Shown here: in pieces, positions 40,047 to 53,457 of the stretch | How the letters are laid out: each line of letters starts with the position of its first letter | Position numbering within the stretch: the first letter of the stretch is position 1 | Assembly: GCA_963771175.1 (NCBI GenBank) | Contig: CAVYSY010000026.1 | Span: 416,001 to 480,000, forward strand | Direction of reading: 5' to 3' | DNA length: 64,000 bases | Source of the DNA: an uncultured delta proteobacterium | Lineage (GTDB): Bacteria; Myxococcota; Myxococcia; Myxococcales; Myxococcaceae | Translations under genes and position numbers: made by a program | The notes under the pieces: generated by a model | What the model saw: the letters and a program-made list of their open reading frames with translations, nothing else | Told to the model about the DNA's origin: nothing | The model's database searches: none

Positions 40047-40400
40047 ATGAAGAAGACGTGGATGTTCGGAGTCGTGGCTGCCGTGTCGATGGTGCTGACG
40101 GGCTGTGGCTCGACCTGTGACGATCTGGCGGACGCTTTCGAGGAAGCCGATGAGAAGGCAAGGCCCTGCGCCACCGGGGGCAGTGAGCCGACGGCCTTCA
40201 ACGTCAACCAGTGCGAGAACAACATCGACAAGTGCTCGGACTCGGAGAAGGAGGCGCTCGCCGATTTCGCCGATTGCATCCGGGATCTGCCGGAGTGCAC
40301 CCCGGCTACCCAGAGCGGCTTCATCAACTCGCTTACGGCCTGCGCGCTCGGCGTGAGTGGCAAGGTCGGCCAGACCTGCTCCTCGGCCCTGGGCGGCTGA
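40047..40400 (+). CDS. Cys-rich small lipoprotein (paralogue 2)
   Basis: Lipobox LTGC followed by 8 further Cys at matching spacing. Confidence 0.82.
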   Translation: MKKTWMFGVVAAVSMVLTGCGSTCDDLADAFEEADEKARPCATGGSEPTAFNVNQCENNIDKCSDSEKEALADFADCIRDLPECTPATQSGFINSLTACALGVSGKVGQTCSSALGG

Positions 40401-40414
40401 ACCCTGAGTCGTGC

Positions 40415-40499
40415 GGAACCGGGCAGGCTCACGTTCCATCGTGAGCGCGGCCCGGTTCCCTGTCCGTGGACCGGGGATGACGTCGACCCCGGTCCACGG
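40415..40499. terminator. Tandem GC-rich hairpins after the lipoprotein pair
   Basis: GGAACCGGGC..CTCACG/CGTGAG..GCCCGGTTCC and CCGTGGACCGGGG/CCCCGGTCCACGG. Confidence 0.5.
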
Positions 40500-40555
40500 T
40501 CTTCACCCGCAGCGAGTTCACGTCACACCCGGGTAACGGCTAGAGTGCGCGCGCC

Positions 40556-41518
40556 ATGTCCCGTGCCACTCGCCGCATCCCCCTCGTCAACCTGTCCCAC
40601 TACCGCACCGGCAACTCCGAGGAGCGCGCCCGCTTCGTCCAGGTGTTCGGAGACGCCCTCAAGGAGTTCGGTTTCGTCTCCGTCGAGGGCCACGGCGTCG
40701 ACGATGGGCTCATCCGCCGTACCTACTCGGACGTGGAGGCCTTCTTCCACCAGCCGGAGCAGGTGAAGCACCGCTACCACGTCCCCGCCTTCGGCGGTCA
40801 GCGCGGCTACACGCCCTTCGGCAAGGAGCACGCGAAGAACCGCACCGTGGGCGACCTCAAGGAGTTCTGGCACGTGGGGCGCGATCTGCCCGAGGGCCAC
40901 CCGCGCCGCCCCGCCTCCGCCCCCCACAATCTCTGGCCGGAGGAAGTGCCCTCCTTCCGCACGAACACGCAGGCGCTCTTCAGCGCGCTCGACGGTGCGG
41001 CGGCGGTGATGCTCCAGGCCCTCGCCGAGTACTTCGGCATCGACCGCAACACCTTCAGCGACATGGCGCAGGACGGCACCTCCGTGCTCCGCGTCATCCA
41101 CTACCCGCCCCTGAAGGAGAAGTTCGTCCCCGGCGCGGTGCGCGCCGCCGAGCACGAGGACATCAACCTCATCACCCTCCTGTGCGAGGGCACCGCCTCG
41201 GGCCTGGAGATCCTCACCCGCGATGGCGAGTGGATTCCCGTGGACACGCTGCGCGGGCAGATCGTCGTGGACTCGGGGGACATGCTCAGCCGGGTCACCA
41301 ACGGCGTCATCCCCGCCACCACCCACCGCGTGGTCAACCCGCCCTCGCTCGCCGAGGACAACACGCGCTACTCCATGCCCTTCTTCGTGCACCCCTACCC
41401 GGACTGCATGCTGAAGCCCCTGGAGTGCACCGTGACGCCGGAAAACCCCGGCCAGCCCCCCATTACCGCCGACGCCTTCCTGCACCAGCGCCTGCGGGAG
41501 ATCGGCCTCATCAAGTAG
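40556..41518 (+). CDS. 2-oxoglutarate/Fe(II) dioxygenase (IPNS family)
   Basis: GFVSVEGHGV, HED, HRVVNP, RYSMPFFVHP. Confidence 0.93.
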   Translation: MSRATRRIPLVNLSHYRTGNSEERARFVQVFGDALKEFGFVSVEGHGVDDGLIRRTYSDVEAFFHQPEQVKHRYHVPAFGGQRGYTPFGKEHAKNRTVGDLKEFWHVGRDLPEGHPRRPASAPHNLWPEEVPSFRTNTQALFSALDGAAAVMLQALAEYFGIDRNTFSDMAQDGTSVLRVIHYPPLKEKFVPGAVRAAEHEDINLITLLCEGTASGLEILTRDGEWIPVDTLRGQIVVDSGDMLSRVTNGVIPATTHRVVNPPSLAEDNTRYSMPFFVHPYPDCMLKPLECTVTPENPGQPPITADAFLHQRLREIGLIK

Positions 41519-41549
41519 CCTCGCGTGCGTGGGGACCTCCTCCGCACGC

Positions 41550-42239
41550 ATGTCACGCCCAGCCCTCCTCCACGGCCGGAACGCCCTGCTGCTCGGATGG
41601 CTGGCGGCGGCTCCCGCTTGGGCCGAGGCCGAGGAAACGACCCCCGCGGCTCCGATGGAGCCGCGCCCGCTCATGCGATGGGGAAACCTCGACCTGCGCC
41701 TCGACGGCGCGGCCTCGCTGCTTCCGCTCTCCTTGGAGGCCGGCGCCACCCTGGACCTCGGTGTGCTCCCGCTCGGCCCCGGCACGCTCTCCCTGGGCGC
41801 GGAGCTCAGCGTCAACCAGTGTGCCCTGGCGTGCTGGGTGCCCAACCTCTTCTCCGAGCGCGACACCTCGCGCCGTGACTTCTACGCCTTCGTCCGCCTG
41901 GGCTACCACTTCACCGTGGCGAACCGGAACTACCGCAAGGTGGACCTCCAAGGATTCCTGCTCCTGGGCGGAATGGAGACTCGCACCACCCAGTCCGCCC
42001 CGGACTACCGCTACGAGGGACGAGACCGCAGCCCCGCCTTCGGCCTCGGGGTCGGGGGGAACTACTTCCCCACGGACGGCTCCCGGTTCTTCGTGGGCGG
42101 CGAGGCCCGGGTGCGCTTCGGCACCGGCACCTATGCCCTCAGCCTCACGCAGGGTACGTATACGTTCACCGAGGAGGACCGGAGCTGGACCCGCCTGGGC
42201 CTCAGCACCGCCTTCTTCGTGGGGTTCCGGCTGTTCTGA
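41550..42239 (+). CDS. Hypothetical outer-membrane beta-barrel protein
   Basis: Signal peptide (AWA-EA), amphipathic beta strands, C-terminal GFRLF. Confidence 0.7.
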   Translation: MSRPALLHGRNALLLGWLAAAPAWAEAEETTPAAPMEPRPLMRWGNLDLRLDGAASLLPLSLEAGATLDLGVLPLGPGTLSLGAELSVNQCALACWVPNLFSERDTSRRDFYAFVRLGYHFTVANRNYRKVDLQGFLLLGGMETRTTQSAPDYRYEGRDRSPAFGLGVGGNYFPTDGSRFFVGGEARVRFGTGTYALSLTQGTYTFTEEDRSWTRLGLSTAFFVGFRLF

Positions 42240-42341
42240 CCATCCCGGCCCCATCCGTGCGAAGGTGGCGCCACCGCGCGCTCCATCGAGCGACCGGCCG
42301 GTGCTGGATGGGCCGCACCGTGTCATCCGCGGGCCTCGACC

Positions 42342-42989
42342 GTGACTCCGTACGATCAGATCTTCCAGAACAACCGCCGCTGGGCCGAGGAGCAGCTCCG
42401 CGCCGACCCCGAGTTCTTCACCAGGCTCGCGCGCGAGCAGCGCCCAGACTTCCTCTATATCGGCTGCTCCGACAGCCGGGTGCCGGCGAATCAAATCATG
42501 GGCCTGCCGCCCGGAGACGTGTTCGTCCATCGCAACGTCGCCAACCTGGTCAACAACGTCGACCTGAACGTGATGTCGGTCATCAACTACGGCGTCCGGC
42601 GCCTGGACGTGAAGCACATCATCGTATGCGGCCATTACGGGTGCGGCGGAGTGCAAGCGGCCATGCAGCCCATGGACCTGGGCATCCTCAATCCCTGGCT
42701 GCGCAACATCCGCGACGTGTACCGCCTGCACAAAGCCGAGATGGACAGCCTCGAGGGCGAGGCCCAACGCTATGACCGCCTCGTGGAGCTCAATGTCACC
42801 GAGCAGTGCATCAACATCATCAAGACGGCCGCGGTGCAGCAATCCTTCCTCGCGCGCGGCTTCCCCACGGTGCACGGCTGGGTGTTCGACATGCGCACCG
42901 GCCTCATCAAGGATCTGCAGATCAACTTCCAGGAGACGCTGCGCAACATCCAGGAGGTGTATGACCTGACGGGCACTGTCTGGCGCTGA
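42342..42989 (+). CDS. can: Beta-class carbonic anhydrase
   Basis: GCSDSRVP, HRNVAN, CGHYGCGG. Confidence 0.95.
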   Translation: MTPYDQIFQNNRRWAEEQLRADPEFFTRLAREQRPDFLYIGCSDSRVPANQIMGLPPGDVFVHRNVANLVNNVDLNVMSVINYGVRRLDVKHIIVCGHYGCGGVQAAMQPMDLGILNPWLRNIRDVYRLHKAEMDSLEGEAQRYDRLVELNVTEQCINIIKTAAVQQSFLARGFPTVHGWVFDMRTGLIKDLQINFQETLRNIQEVYDLTGTVWR

Positions 42990-43020
42990 GACGCACCACC
43001 GACTCGACGCTCGTGCCAGA

Positions 43021-43627
43021 ATGCCCGCCTCCGTGAATCCGCCTGCACCCAGGAGTCACAGCGCCGTGCCGACGCCCCGAGAGTTCCTCGTCTACGACGT
43101 CACCGTGGAGGCCATGTTCTCCCGCGCGCTGAAGGATCGCCTCACCCCGCGGCTGAAGGCGCGCGTGAAGGAGGCGGGCATCGACCTGGACGCGAAGTTG
43201 AAGCCGGGCTACCCGCGCGAGGTGTGGCTCCGCACGATGCGCCTCGTGGTGGAGGACCTCTACCAGGGCGTACCCGAGGAGCGTGCCTGGTTCGAGTTGG
43301 GCGAGCGGATGGTGCACTCGTTTGGCGAGACGCTGATGGGCCCCGCCACCGTGGGCATCTTGAAGCTGCTCGGCCCCAGACGAGCACTGGGGCGGATGTC
43401 GCAGACGTTGCAGTACGCCAACAACTACAACCAGTCGAAGCTGGAGGATCTGGGCCCGGGTCGGTTCCGGCTCTGGATCAACGAGGTAGGCATCTCGCCC
43501 CACTTCATCGCCGGCACGGTGACCGCCACGCTGAAGATCTCCGGCGCGAAGGACCCCGCGGTGGAGATCGCCGAGTTCGACGGCCACCAGTGCACCTACG
43601 CCATTCTCCTTCTGACGCGGGCCCGAG

Positions 43628-43650
<23 letters not shown>
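43021..43650 (+). CDS. DUF2378 family myxobacterial protein (true stop possibly TGA at 43613-43615)
   Basis: VEAMF..AL..RL...[30 protein letters not shown]. Confidence 0.85.
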
Positions 43651-45067
<1,417 letters not shown>

Positions 45068-45089
45068 GGCGTCTCCCGGAAGTCCTCTC

Positions 45090-46551
45090 TCAGATGGGGG
45101 CCAGGCGGCGCGTGAAGTCGTGCTCGCGCTCGAAGGCCCGAGCAATCCGCAACAGCTTCGCCTCGTCGAACGGGCGGCCCATGAGCTGCAAACCCATCGG
45201 TAGGCCCGCCTTCGTGAAGCCGCACGGCAGCGACAGGCCGGGCAGGCCCGCCAGGTTGCACGGCAGCGTGCAGACGTCCATGAGGTACATGGACAGCGGG
45301 TCGTTCACCTTCTCGCCCAGCTTGAAGGCGGGCACCGGCGAGGTGGGCGTCACCAGCGCGTCCACCTGGGTGAACGCCTTGTCGAAGTCCTCGCGGATGA
45401 GCGTCCGCACCTTCTGTGCCCTCAGATAGTAGGCGTCGTAGTAGCCCGCCGACAGCGCGTAGGTGCCCAGCATGATGCGGCGCTTCACCTCGGGGCCGAA
45501 GCCCTGGTCGCGCGTCATGCCGTACATGTCCTTGAGCCCCTTGGCCTCGCGCGCCCGCTGGCCGTAGCGCACGCCGTCGTAGCGGGCCAGGTTGGCCGAG
45601 GCCTCCGCCGGAGCCAGCAGGTAGTACGTGGCCAGCGCGTACTTCGTGTGCGGCAGCGACACGTCCACCAGCGTGGCACCCAGCCGCTCGTACTCCTTCA
45701 GCGCCGAGCGCACCGCCGCCTCCACCTCGGGGTCCATGCCCTCGACGAAGTACTCGCGCGGCACGCCCAGCTTCAGCCCCGCCACCCCGTGCTCCAGGTC
45801 CGCCCGGTAGTCCGGCACGTCCGCGGGCGCCGAGGTGGAGTCCAGCGGGTCATGCCTCGCCAGCACCTGCAGCAGCGCGGCCACGTCCCCCACCGTGCGC
45901 CCCATGGGACCCGGCGCGTCCAGCGAGGAGGCGAAGGCGATGACGCCGTAGCGCGACACGCGCCCGTAGGTGGGCTTGAGGCCCACCGTGTTGGTGAGCG
46001 CCGCCGGCTGGCGGATGGAGCCGCCCGTGTCCGTGCCCAGCGTGCCGAAAGACCTCGCGCGCCGCCAGCGCCGCCGCCGAGCCTCCCGAGGAACCTCCCG
46101 GCGTGCGCGTCACGTCCCACGGGTTGTGGCAGGGGCCCCAGGCGCTCGACTCGTTGGACGAGCCCATCGCGAACTCGTCCTGGTTGAGCTTGCCGAGAAT
46201 CGGCATCCCCGCTTCCTTCAACAGCCGCACCGGGGTGGCGTCGTACGGCGGGACGAAGCCCTGGAGGATGCGCGAGGCACACGTCGTCTCCACGCCCTCG
46301 GTGAGGAAGATGTCCTTGACGGCCACCGGCACGCCATCCAGCGGCCCGAGCGGATTGCCGTCCTCGCGGCGCTTGTCGCTGGCCTCGGCGGCGGCGAGGG
46401 CACCGTGCTCGTCCAGTCGCAGGAAGGCCTTCACCTTCCCGTCCACCTGGGCGATGCGCGCCAGGCACGCCCGGGTCGCCTCCACGGAAGTCACCTCCCG
46501 CGAGGCCAGCTTCTCCGCCAGCTCCAGCCGGGTGAGGTCGGTCAGCTGCAT
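45090..46551 (-). CDS. gatA: Asp/Glu-tRNA amidotransferase subunit A; frameshift at ~46050
   Basis: [54 protein letters not shown]. Confidence 0.96.
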
Positions 46552-46555
46552 GGCG

Positions 46556-46844
46556 TCACTCCAAGATGTTTCGGGACGGCGAAGCTGGTGCCCACCTTGG
46601 CCGGCGCATTGGCCAGCGACTTCTCCGGAGGCAGCGAGGGCCGCGTCACGTCCTCGCGCAGCAGCGAGGACGCGAGCGTGGCGTGCGAGGTGGGCTCGAC
46701 CCCGCTCACGTCGAGCTCCTGGAGCTGGGCCACCGCGTCGAGGATGGCGGAGAGCTGCGTGGCATAGCGCTCCTCCTCCTCGGCCGTCAGCGACAGCCGG
46801 GCCAGGGTGGCCACATGTCGGACCTGCTCGACGGTGAGCTTCAT
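46556..46844 (-). CDS. gatC: Asp/Glu-tRNA amidotransferase subunit C (probable indel in the last codons)
   Basis: [31 protein letters not shown]. Confidence 0.93.
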
Positions 46845-46863
46845 GGGCCGGGCCTCCCGCGAA

Positions 46864-47194
46864 CTACTTGTTCTTGAACAGGTTGAGGACGGCGCCCATC
46901 CACTTGCCGCTGTTCTCGTGGCCCATGTGCTGCACGAGACGATCCAGCTCGCCCGCGTCCAGGAAGATGCCGTGGCAGTTGAAGCAGGTGTCGACCTCCA
47001 CCTCACCCCGCTTCAGTGCCTGCAGGTCCATGCCGCACTTGGGGCACTTCATGTGGTGCAGGTTCTTGAGTCTCCTCGCGCTGCTGGGCAGCCATCGACT
47101 GGGACTGCTGGATGGCCAGCTTGCGCTTCTTCTCGATCTCCTCGCGCGCGAAGTACTCCTCTTCGGTCGATGACGGCTTGTCCTGGGTGGCCAT
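46864..47194 (-). CDS. zf-TFIIB domain protein; frameshift at ~47065
   Basis: EEEYFARE... then MKCPKCG...EVDTCFNCHGIFLDAGELD. Confidence 0.85.
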
Positions 47195-47378
47195 GATGTA
47201 GGTCTCCTTGGTACTGATACTTAGCGGCGGCAAGATACATGCTCCGCTTTCGCCCGGTGCCTCAAATTGGCCGGGAGGTACACCTCCGGACGGCCAGCCG
47301 GAAAATTGACCGCCCCCCCACCCTCCCTACACTCCGCGGACGGCTGCTACAGCCCGCTACGGGGAGTGTGAGGAAGTC

Positions 47379-50300
47379 ATGGCGGAACGGAAGGCCAGAG
47401 CGGAGAAGTCGGTCCTTTCGAGGCAGGAGATTGCCACGCGCCGGAAGGCGCTCGCGGAGAAGAAGGCACAGAAGGGCGGCGGAGGCGCGGTCGCGGGACC
47501 TGGCCAACGGGCGCTCGTGGGCCTCTTCCTGCTGGCTGCCTCGGTGCTGTCGTTGATTTCCGTGGCCACCTTCGACGCGAAGGACCGCAAGGGACCCGGG
47601 TTCGAGAACGCGGTGGGGCCCATCGGCCACCTCATCGCCGAGGGCCTGCGCGGCATGCTCGGGGTGTGGGCCTATCGTCCTCCCCCTGTGTGGCCTCTAC
47701 GCCGCCTGGTCGTCTTCGTGGGCAACCGGGAGCGGCGGCGCTGGCCGCAGATGGTGGCCTTCGTCCTGCTGACGCTGAGCGGCGCGGTGCTGGCCCAGCT
47801 CTTCCTCGGCAACCAGCCCGGCCAGGCCCACCCGCCCGGGGGCTTCGTGGGCACCACGCTCGGCGGCATGCTGGTCGGGACTCTTCTCCACCGTGGGCAC
47901 CGTCATCCTGGTGACGACGGTGTGCGCCGCCGCCCTCATCGTCGGCACCCAGTACACCTTCCTCAAGCTGTGCTCGCTGGCGTGGGCCGGGGCGTGCGTG
48001 CTCGGCCGGCGCGTGCAGGAGAGACGCCGTCGCCTGTCTGGGAGCAGCAGAAGGTGGCCTACAAGGAGCGCCAGGAGCGCGCCGCCAGGAGAAGGCAGGA
48101 GGAGGCCGCCTTCTTCGCCCAGATTGAGGAGGAGGAGGCCGAGCTGGAGGAGGCCGAGCGTCTGGCCGCCGAGGCCGAGGCCGCCGATGAGGAGGCCATG
48201 GCCGAGGCCGCCGTGCGCCTCGCCCGCCAGGAGGAGAAGGACCGCGCCGTCGCCGCGAAGAAGGCCGAGCGCGATGCCCGCGAGGCGACGAAGCTGGCCC
48301 CGCGCGACGGCCGGGAGAAGAAGCCCGCCGAGGCCGCCGCCCTGCCCGCTGTGGTGGCTGGTACGCCCGCCGCCGCTCGCCCGGCTCCGGGAGCGGATCC
48401 GGTGTGGGCGTCCTTCCTGGCCCCCTCGGGCGCCGCCAACTCGGTGCCCACCCCGCCGCCCGCGGAGGCTTCCCCGCGCGGCAAGCGCAAGACGCCGAAC
48501 ATCGTCACCGGTCCGACTCCGGCCGACGAGCTGCCCGCCTCGGCCGTGGACGCCGAGCCCGAGGCCACCGCTCCCGTCGCTCCGGCTCCAGCCGCTCCCT
48601 CGGCGATCGTCCCGCGCTCCGCCGTCGGCGCTGGCGCGGATGCCGCTCATCGTCGAGCCCAAGGCGCCGCCCAAGCCCACCGCCGTCGCCGCCAAGAAGA
48701 AGGACCAGGAGCAGTTCCAGTTCGTGGGAGGCCGCACCAGCTTCTCCCTGCCTCCGCTGGACGTGCTGGAGGTCGAGAAGAAGGAGCGCTCGGCGCTGGA
48801 CAAGGAGGCCTTCCTCACCACGGCGGAGAAGCTGCGCGCCAAGCTGGCCGACTTCGGCATCTCGGGCGAGGTGGTGGAGATCCGCCCCGGCCCCGTGGTC
48901 ACCATGTACGAGTTCCTCCCGGGACCCGGCATCAAGGTGAGCAAGATCGCCGCGCTCCAGGATGACCTGGCCATGGCGATGGAGGCCATGCGGGTGCGCA
49001 TCGTCGCCCCCATCCCCGGCAAGGGCGTGGTGGGCATCGAGGTCCCCAACCGCGACCGCGAGACGGTCTACCTCAAGGAGATCGCCGAGCAGGACGTCTT
49101 CCAGAAGTCGGTCAGCAAGCTGACCATGTGCGTGGGCAAGGACATCGAGGGCATGCCGTACGTCTTCGACCTGGCCAAGGCGCCCCACCTGCTCATCGCG
49201 GGTACCACCGGCTCCGGTAAGTCGGTGGCGGTGAACTCGATGATCATGAGCATCCTCCTGAAGTCCACGCCGGAGGAGGTCCGCTTCATCATGGTGGACC
49301 CGAAGATGCTGGAGCTCTCCGTCTACGAGGGCATCCCCCACCTGCTGCTGCCGGTGGTGACGGACCCGAAGAAGGCGGCGCTCGCGCTGCGCTGGGCCGT
49401 GGAGGAGATGGAGCGGCGCTACCAGATGCTGTCCGAGGCCGGGGTGCGCAACATCGCCGGCTTCAACAAGCTGGTGGAGACGCAGGCCGCCGAGAGGGCC
49501 GCCGGGAAGCCCGCCGAGGAGTCCGCCAAGAAGGCCGCGCCGAAGAAGCCCAGGAAGGTGCTCGTGGTGGACGTGGCCACCCCGGAGGACGTGGAGGTCG
49601 AGGAGTCCACTCCGGCCAGCGCCAGCTCGGGCCCCGGTGTCGCCGCGCCCCGGGAGGACGTGGAGGACATGCGCGAGGCCGTGAGCTTCGAGTCCGAGGA
49701 GTCGCCGATGACCGCCGAGGTCGCGGGAGACGAGGAGGACGAGATGTCCGACGCGGTGGACGCCGCGCTCGAGGCCGCCTCGGAGTCGGCGTCGCCCAAG
49801 GAGGAGAAGCAGGAGTGGAAGAAGCTGCCCTACATCGTGGTCATCATCGATGAGCTGGCGGACCTGATGATGGTGGCCAGCCGCGAGGTGGAGACGTACG
49901 TGGCACGCCTGGCGCAGATGGCTCGTGCGGCCGGCATCCACCTGATGGTGGCCACGCAGCGCCCGTCCACGGACGTCGTCACGGGCATCATCAAGGCCAA
50001 CTTCCCCACGCGCATCAGCTTCATGCTGCGCTCCAAGCCGGACTCGATGACGATTCTGGGCACGGTGGGCGCCGAGGCCCTGCTGGGCATGGGCGACATG
50101 CTCATCATGCCGCCCACCAGCGCGCACCTGCAGCGCGTGCACGGCGCCTACGTCTCGGAGAACGAGATCAAGCATGCCGTGGACCACCTCAAGGCGCAGG
50201 GCAAGCCCGTCTACGACGACTCCATCCTCAAGCCGCGCGAGGAGGACAGCGAGGGCGGTGGCGGCGAGGAGGACGAGCTGTCCGACGAGCTGTACGACCA

Positions 50301-50499
50301 GGCGCTCGCGACGGTGAGCGAGATGCGGGCCGTGTCCATCTCGATGCTCCAGCGCAAGATGCGCATCGGCTACAACCGGGCGGCGCGCATGATTGAGCGC
50401 ATGGAGCGCGACGGCGTGGTGGGCCCGGCGGACGGGGCCAAGCCGCGCGAGGTGCTCATCCGCGGCGTGGGCGAGATGCCCGGAGCCGGCGCCGCGTAG
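47379..50499 (+). CDS. ftsK: DNA translocase FtsK; several frameshifts in the N-terminal/linker region
   Basis: N-terminal TM segments; GPVVTMYE, PHLLIAGTTGSGKS, IDELADLMM, ATQRPS; gamma domain SMLQRKMRIGYNRAAR. Confidence 0.95.
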
Positions 50500-50660
50500 T
50501 CCCAACCCCGAGGACATCCAGGCGACCAGGGCGGCGAGCGCCAGAGAGGACGCCACCTCCAGCATGTACGAGGGGGTGGCGCAGTGAGCACCTTCTTCTG
50601 AGGGCCACAGCGGCTTTCCCGGTTCACACCGGGCCTCCATCCGTATAGAGCGAGCCCCCT

Positions 50661-51803
50661 ATGGCTGAACGTCTCGCCCTCTTCGCCACCACCGCCCGCG
50701 GTACCGAGGACCTCCTGGCCGAGGAGCTGAAGGAGCTCGGCGCGCGCCGCATCCGGCAGGACCGGGGTGGAGTGCGCTTCATGGCCTCGCTCGACGAGGC
50801 GCTGAAGGTCTGCCTCTGGTCGCGCATCGCCATGCGCGTCCTCTACCCGCTGGGCGAGTTCGAGGCCCACGGCGCCCAGGGCCTGTACGACGCCGTGGCC
50901 AGCGTGCCGTGGGAGGAGCACCTCACCCCGGAGACGACCTTCGCGGTGGAGGCCACGCTCAAGGACAGCGAGCACAGCCACACGGGCTTCGTGGCGCTGA
51001 AGGTAAAGGACGCCATCGTGGACCGGATGCGCGAGAAGCTGAAGGCGCGGCCGGACGTGGACACCCGGCATCCGGACGTGAGCGTGGTGGCCCACCTGGT
51101 GCGCGAGCGGCTCTCCCTCTCGCTGGACCTGTGCGGCGAGCCCCTGCACCGCCGGGGCTACCGGGTGCGCCCGACGCCGGCCCCGCTGAAGGAGACGCTG
51201 GCCGCCGCCCTCCTCCGCGCCGCGGGCTACACCGGCGAGGAGGCATTGGTGGACCCGATGTGCGGCTCGGGCACCATCCTCATCGAGGGTGGCCTCATCG
51301 CTCGCCGACGCGCTCCGGGCATCGCCCGCGACTTCGCCGTGGAGAAGTGGCCGCACCTGGGCGAGCGCGCCCGCGAATTGCTCGCGGACCTGCGCGCGGA
51401 TGCCCGCCGGAACGAGCGGAAGGTGGAGGTCCCCGATCCTCGGCTTCGACAAGGACCCGGAGGCGCTGGAGGCGGCGCGGCGCAACGTGAAGGCGGCGAA
51501 GCTGGCGGAGGAGATCCTCATCGAGGAGGGCGATGCGATGAAGCTCCCTCCCCTGCCCGCTTCGGGCGGCCTCCTCATCACCAATCCGCCCTACGGCGAC
51601 CGGCTGGGCTCGGGCGGCCAGAAGGGGATGAAGAGCTTCTACTTCAAGCTGGGCGACACCCTGCGGCCGCCGGGCTGGCGCATCTTCGTGCTCTCGGGCA
51701 ACCCGGCCTTCGAGAGCGCCTTCCATGCTCGTCCCAGCAGCCGGAGGGACCTGTGGAACGGCCCCATCGCCTGCACGCTGCTCGGCTACCCGGCGAGGCG
51801 TAG
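50661..51803 (+). CDS. THUMP-domain RNA m2G methyltransferase (RlmL-like); frameshift at ~51432
   Basis: LHRRGYR, APLKETLAA, DPMCGSGT, ITNPPYGDRL. Confidence 0.88.
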   Translation: MAERLALFATTARGTEDLLAEELKELGARRIRQDRGGVRFMASLDEALKVCLWSRIAMRVLYPLGEFEAHGAQGLYDAVASVPWEEHLTPETTFAVEATLKDSEHSHTGFVALKVKDAIVDRMREKLKARPDVDTRHPDVSVVAHLVRERLSLSLDLCGEPLHRRGYRVRPTPAPLKETLAAALLRAAGYTGEEALVDPMCGSGTILIEGGLIARRRAPGIARDFAVEKWPHLGERARELLADLRADARRNERKVEVPDPRLRQGPGGAGGGAAQREGGEAGGGDPHRGGRCDEAPSPARFGRPPHHQSALRRPAGLGRPEGDEELLLQAGRHPAAAGLAHLRALGQPGLRERLPCSSQQPEGPVERPHRLHAARLPGEA

Positions 51804-51819
51804 CCGGGAGGACTGGGCC

Positions 51820-52401
<582 letters not shown>

Positions 52402-52409
52402 GGGAGGGC

Positions 52410-52841
52410 CTAGGTGAGCAGGTAGGGGAACTTCGTCTTCACGATGACCCAGGCGTAGTTGACCGCCACGAGGACGGCCGCGGCGATGCGGACCCAGTGC
52501 CACTCGCGGGGGGAGAGTTGCGCCTGGGGGACGGGCATGGCGAAGACGAGGTGCAGCACCGTCACCACGACCATGAAGGCGAAGAAGAGGGCCGCCACCG
52601 TGCCGAGCGGGTTGACGTCCCACGCCCCGGCGATGTTGAGGTGGGCCACCCGGTCCGCCACGCGCGTCAGCCCGCAGCCGAGGCAGGGCCAGCCGGTCGT
52701 TTCCCGCAGGGCACAGCCCCAGAAGGGGATGATCCTGGCCACGGGGATATAGCGGGCAACGAGCAGCCCGAGGAGGCCCACGATGCCGAGTGCATCGGTG
52801 AAGCCAAGGGTACGGTTGGGCTTGGGGAGGATGACCTTCAC
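52410..52841 (-). CDS. DUF2752 family membrane protein
   Basis: CALRETTGWPCLGCGLTR...NPLG. Confidence 0.85.
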   Translation of the reverse strand: MKVILPKPNRTLGFTDALGIVGLLGLLVARYIPVARIIPFWGCALRETTGWPCLGCGLTRVADRVAHLNIAGAWDVNPLGTVAALFFAFMVVVTVLHLVFAMPVPQAQLSPREWHWVRIAAAVLVAVNYAWVIVKTKFPYLLT

Positions 52842-52908
52842 GTCGAGTAGTGTAACCGGGATGGCGGGCGCCTTGCCCGGACAAAGGCTTCAGGCTATCG
52901 AGTGGGGG

Positions 52909-53454
52909 ATGAAGACCTTCCGCTCCGCCCTGCTGACGCTGTTCGCCCTTCCTCTCGTGGCGCTCGCCGAGACCCCGGCCCCGGCGCAGAAGCCCGCCGC
53001 AACCCCCGCCGTCCAGCAGGACTGCGCCCACCCGCCGGTGCCGGCCGACGCGAAGCCCGCAGCGGGCTGGACGCTGACGCGCGGAGAGGCGCTGAAGGGG
53101 GCTCCGGCGGTGACGCTGGCCGAGCTGCTGGCGAAGCCGCAGGCCCACGAGGGCAAGACGGTGCGCGTGGAGGGCCAGGTGCGCAAGGCCTGCGAGAAGA
53201 AGGGCTGCTGGATGGAGCTCGCCGAGGGCGCGAAGGGCGCCGGGGTGCGGGTGACGTTCAAGGACTACGGCTTCTTCGTGCCGCTGGACTCGGCGGGCGC
53301 GTCGGCGCGGGTGGAGGGCGTGGTGAAGGTGACGGAGCTGAGCGACGCCATGGCCAAGCACTACGAGGCCGAGGGCGCCATGGTGCCCCGCGGCAGCGAC
53401 GGCAAGCCGCGCGAGGTGCAGCTGGTGGCCACGGGCGTCGAGCTGCGCCGCTGA
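52909..53454 (+). CDS. DUF4920 family secreted OB-fold protein
   Basis: CEKKGCWM...VTFKDYGFFVP...HY. Confidence 0.88.
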   Translation: MKTFRSALLTLFALPLVALAETPAPAQKPAATPAVQQDCAHPPVPADAKPAAGWTLTRGEALKGAPAVTLAELLAKPQAHEGKTVRVEGQVRKACEKKGCWMELAEGAKGAGVRVTFKDYGFFVPLDSAGASARVEGVVKVTELSDAMAKHYEAEGAMVPRGSDGKPREVQLVATGVELRR

Positions 53455-53457
53455 GCG

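Noticed and set aside
50500..50567. Short hydrophobic - strand peptide MLEVASSLALAALVAWMSSGLG after ftsK
   Set aside because: The frame has no nearby stop (it runs antisense through ftsK) and no clear RBS.
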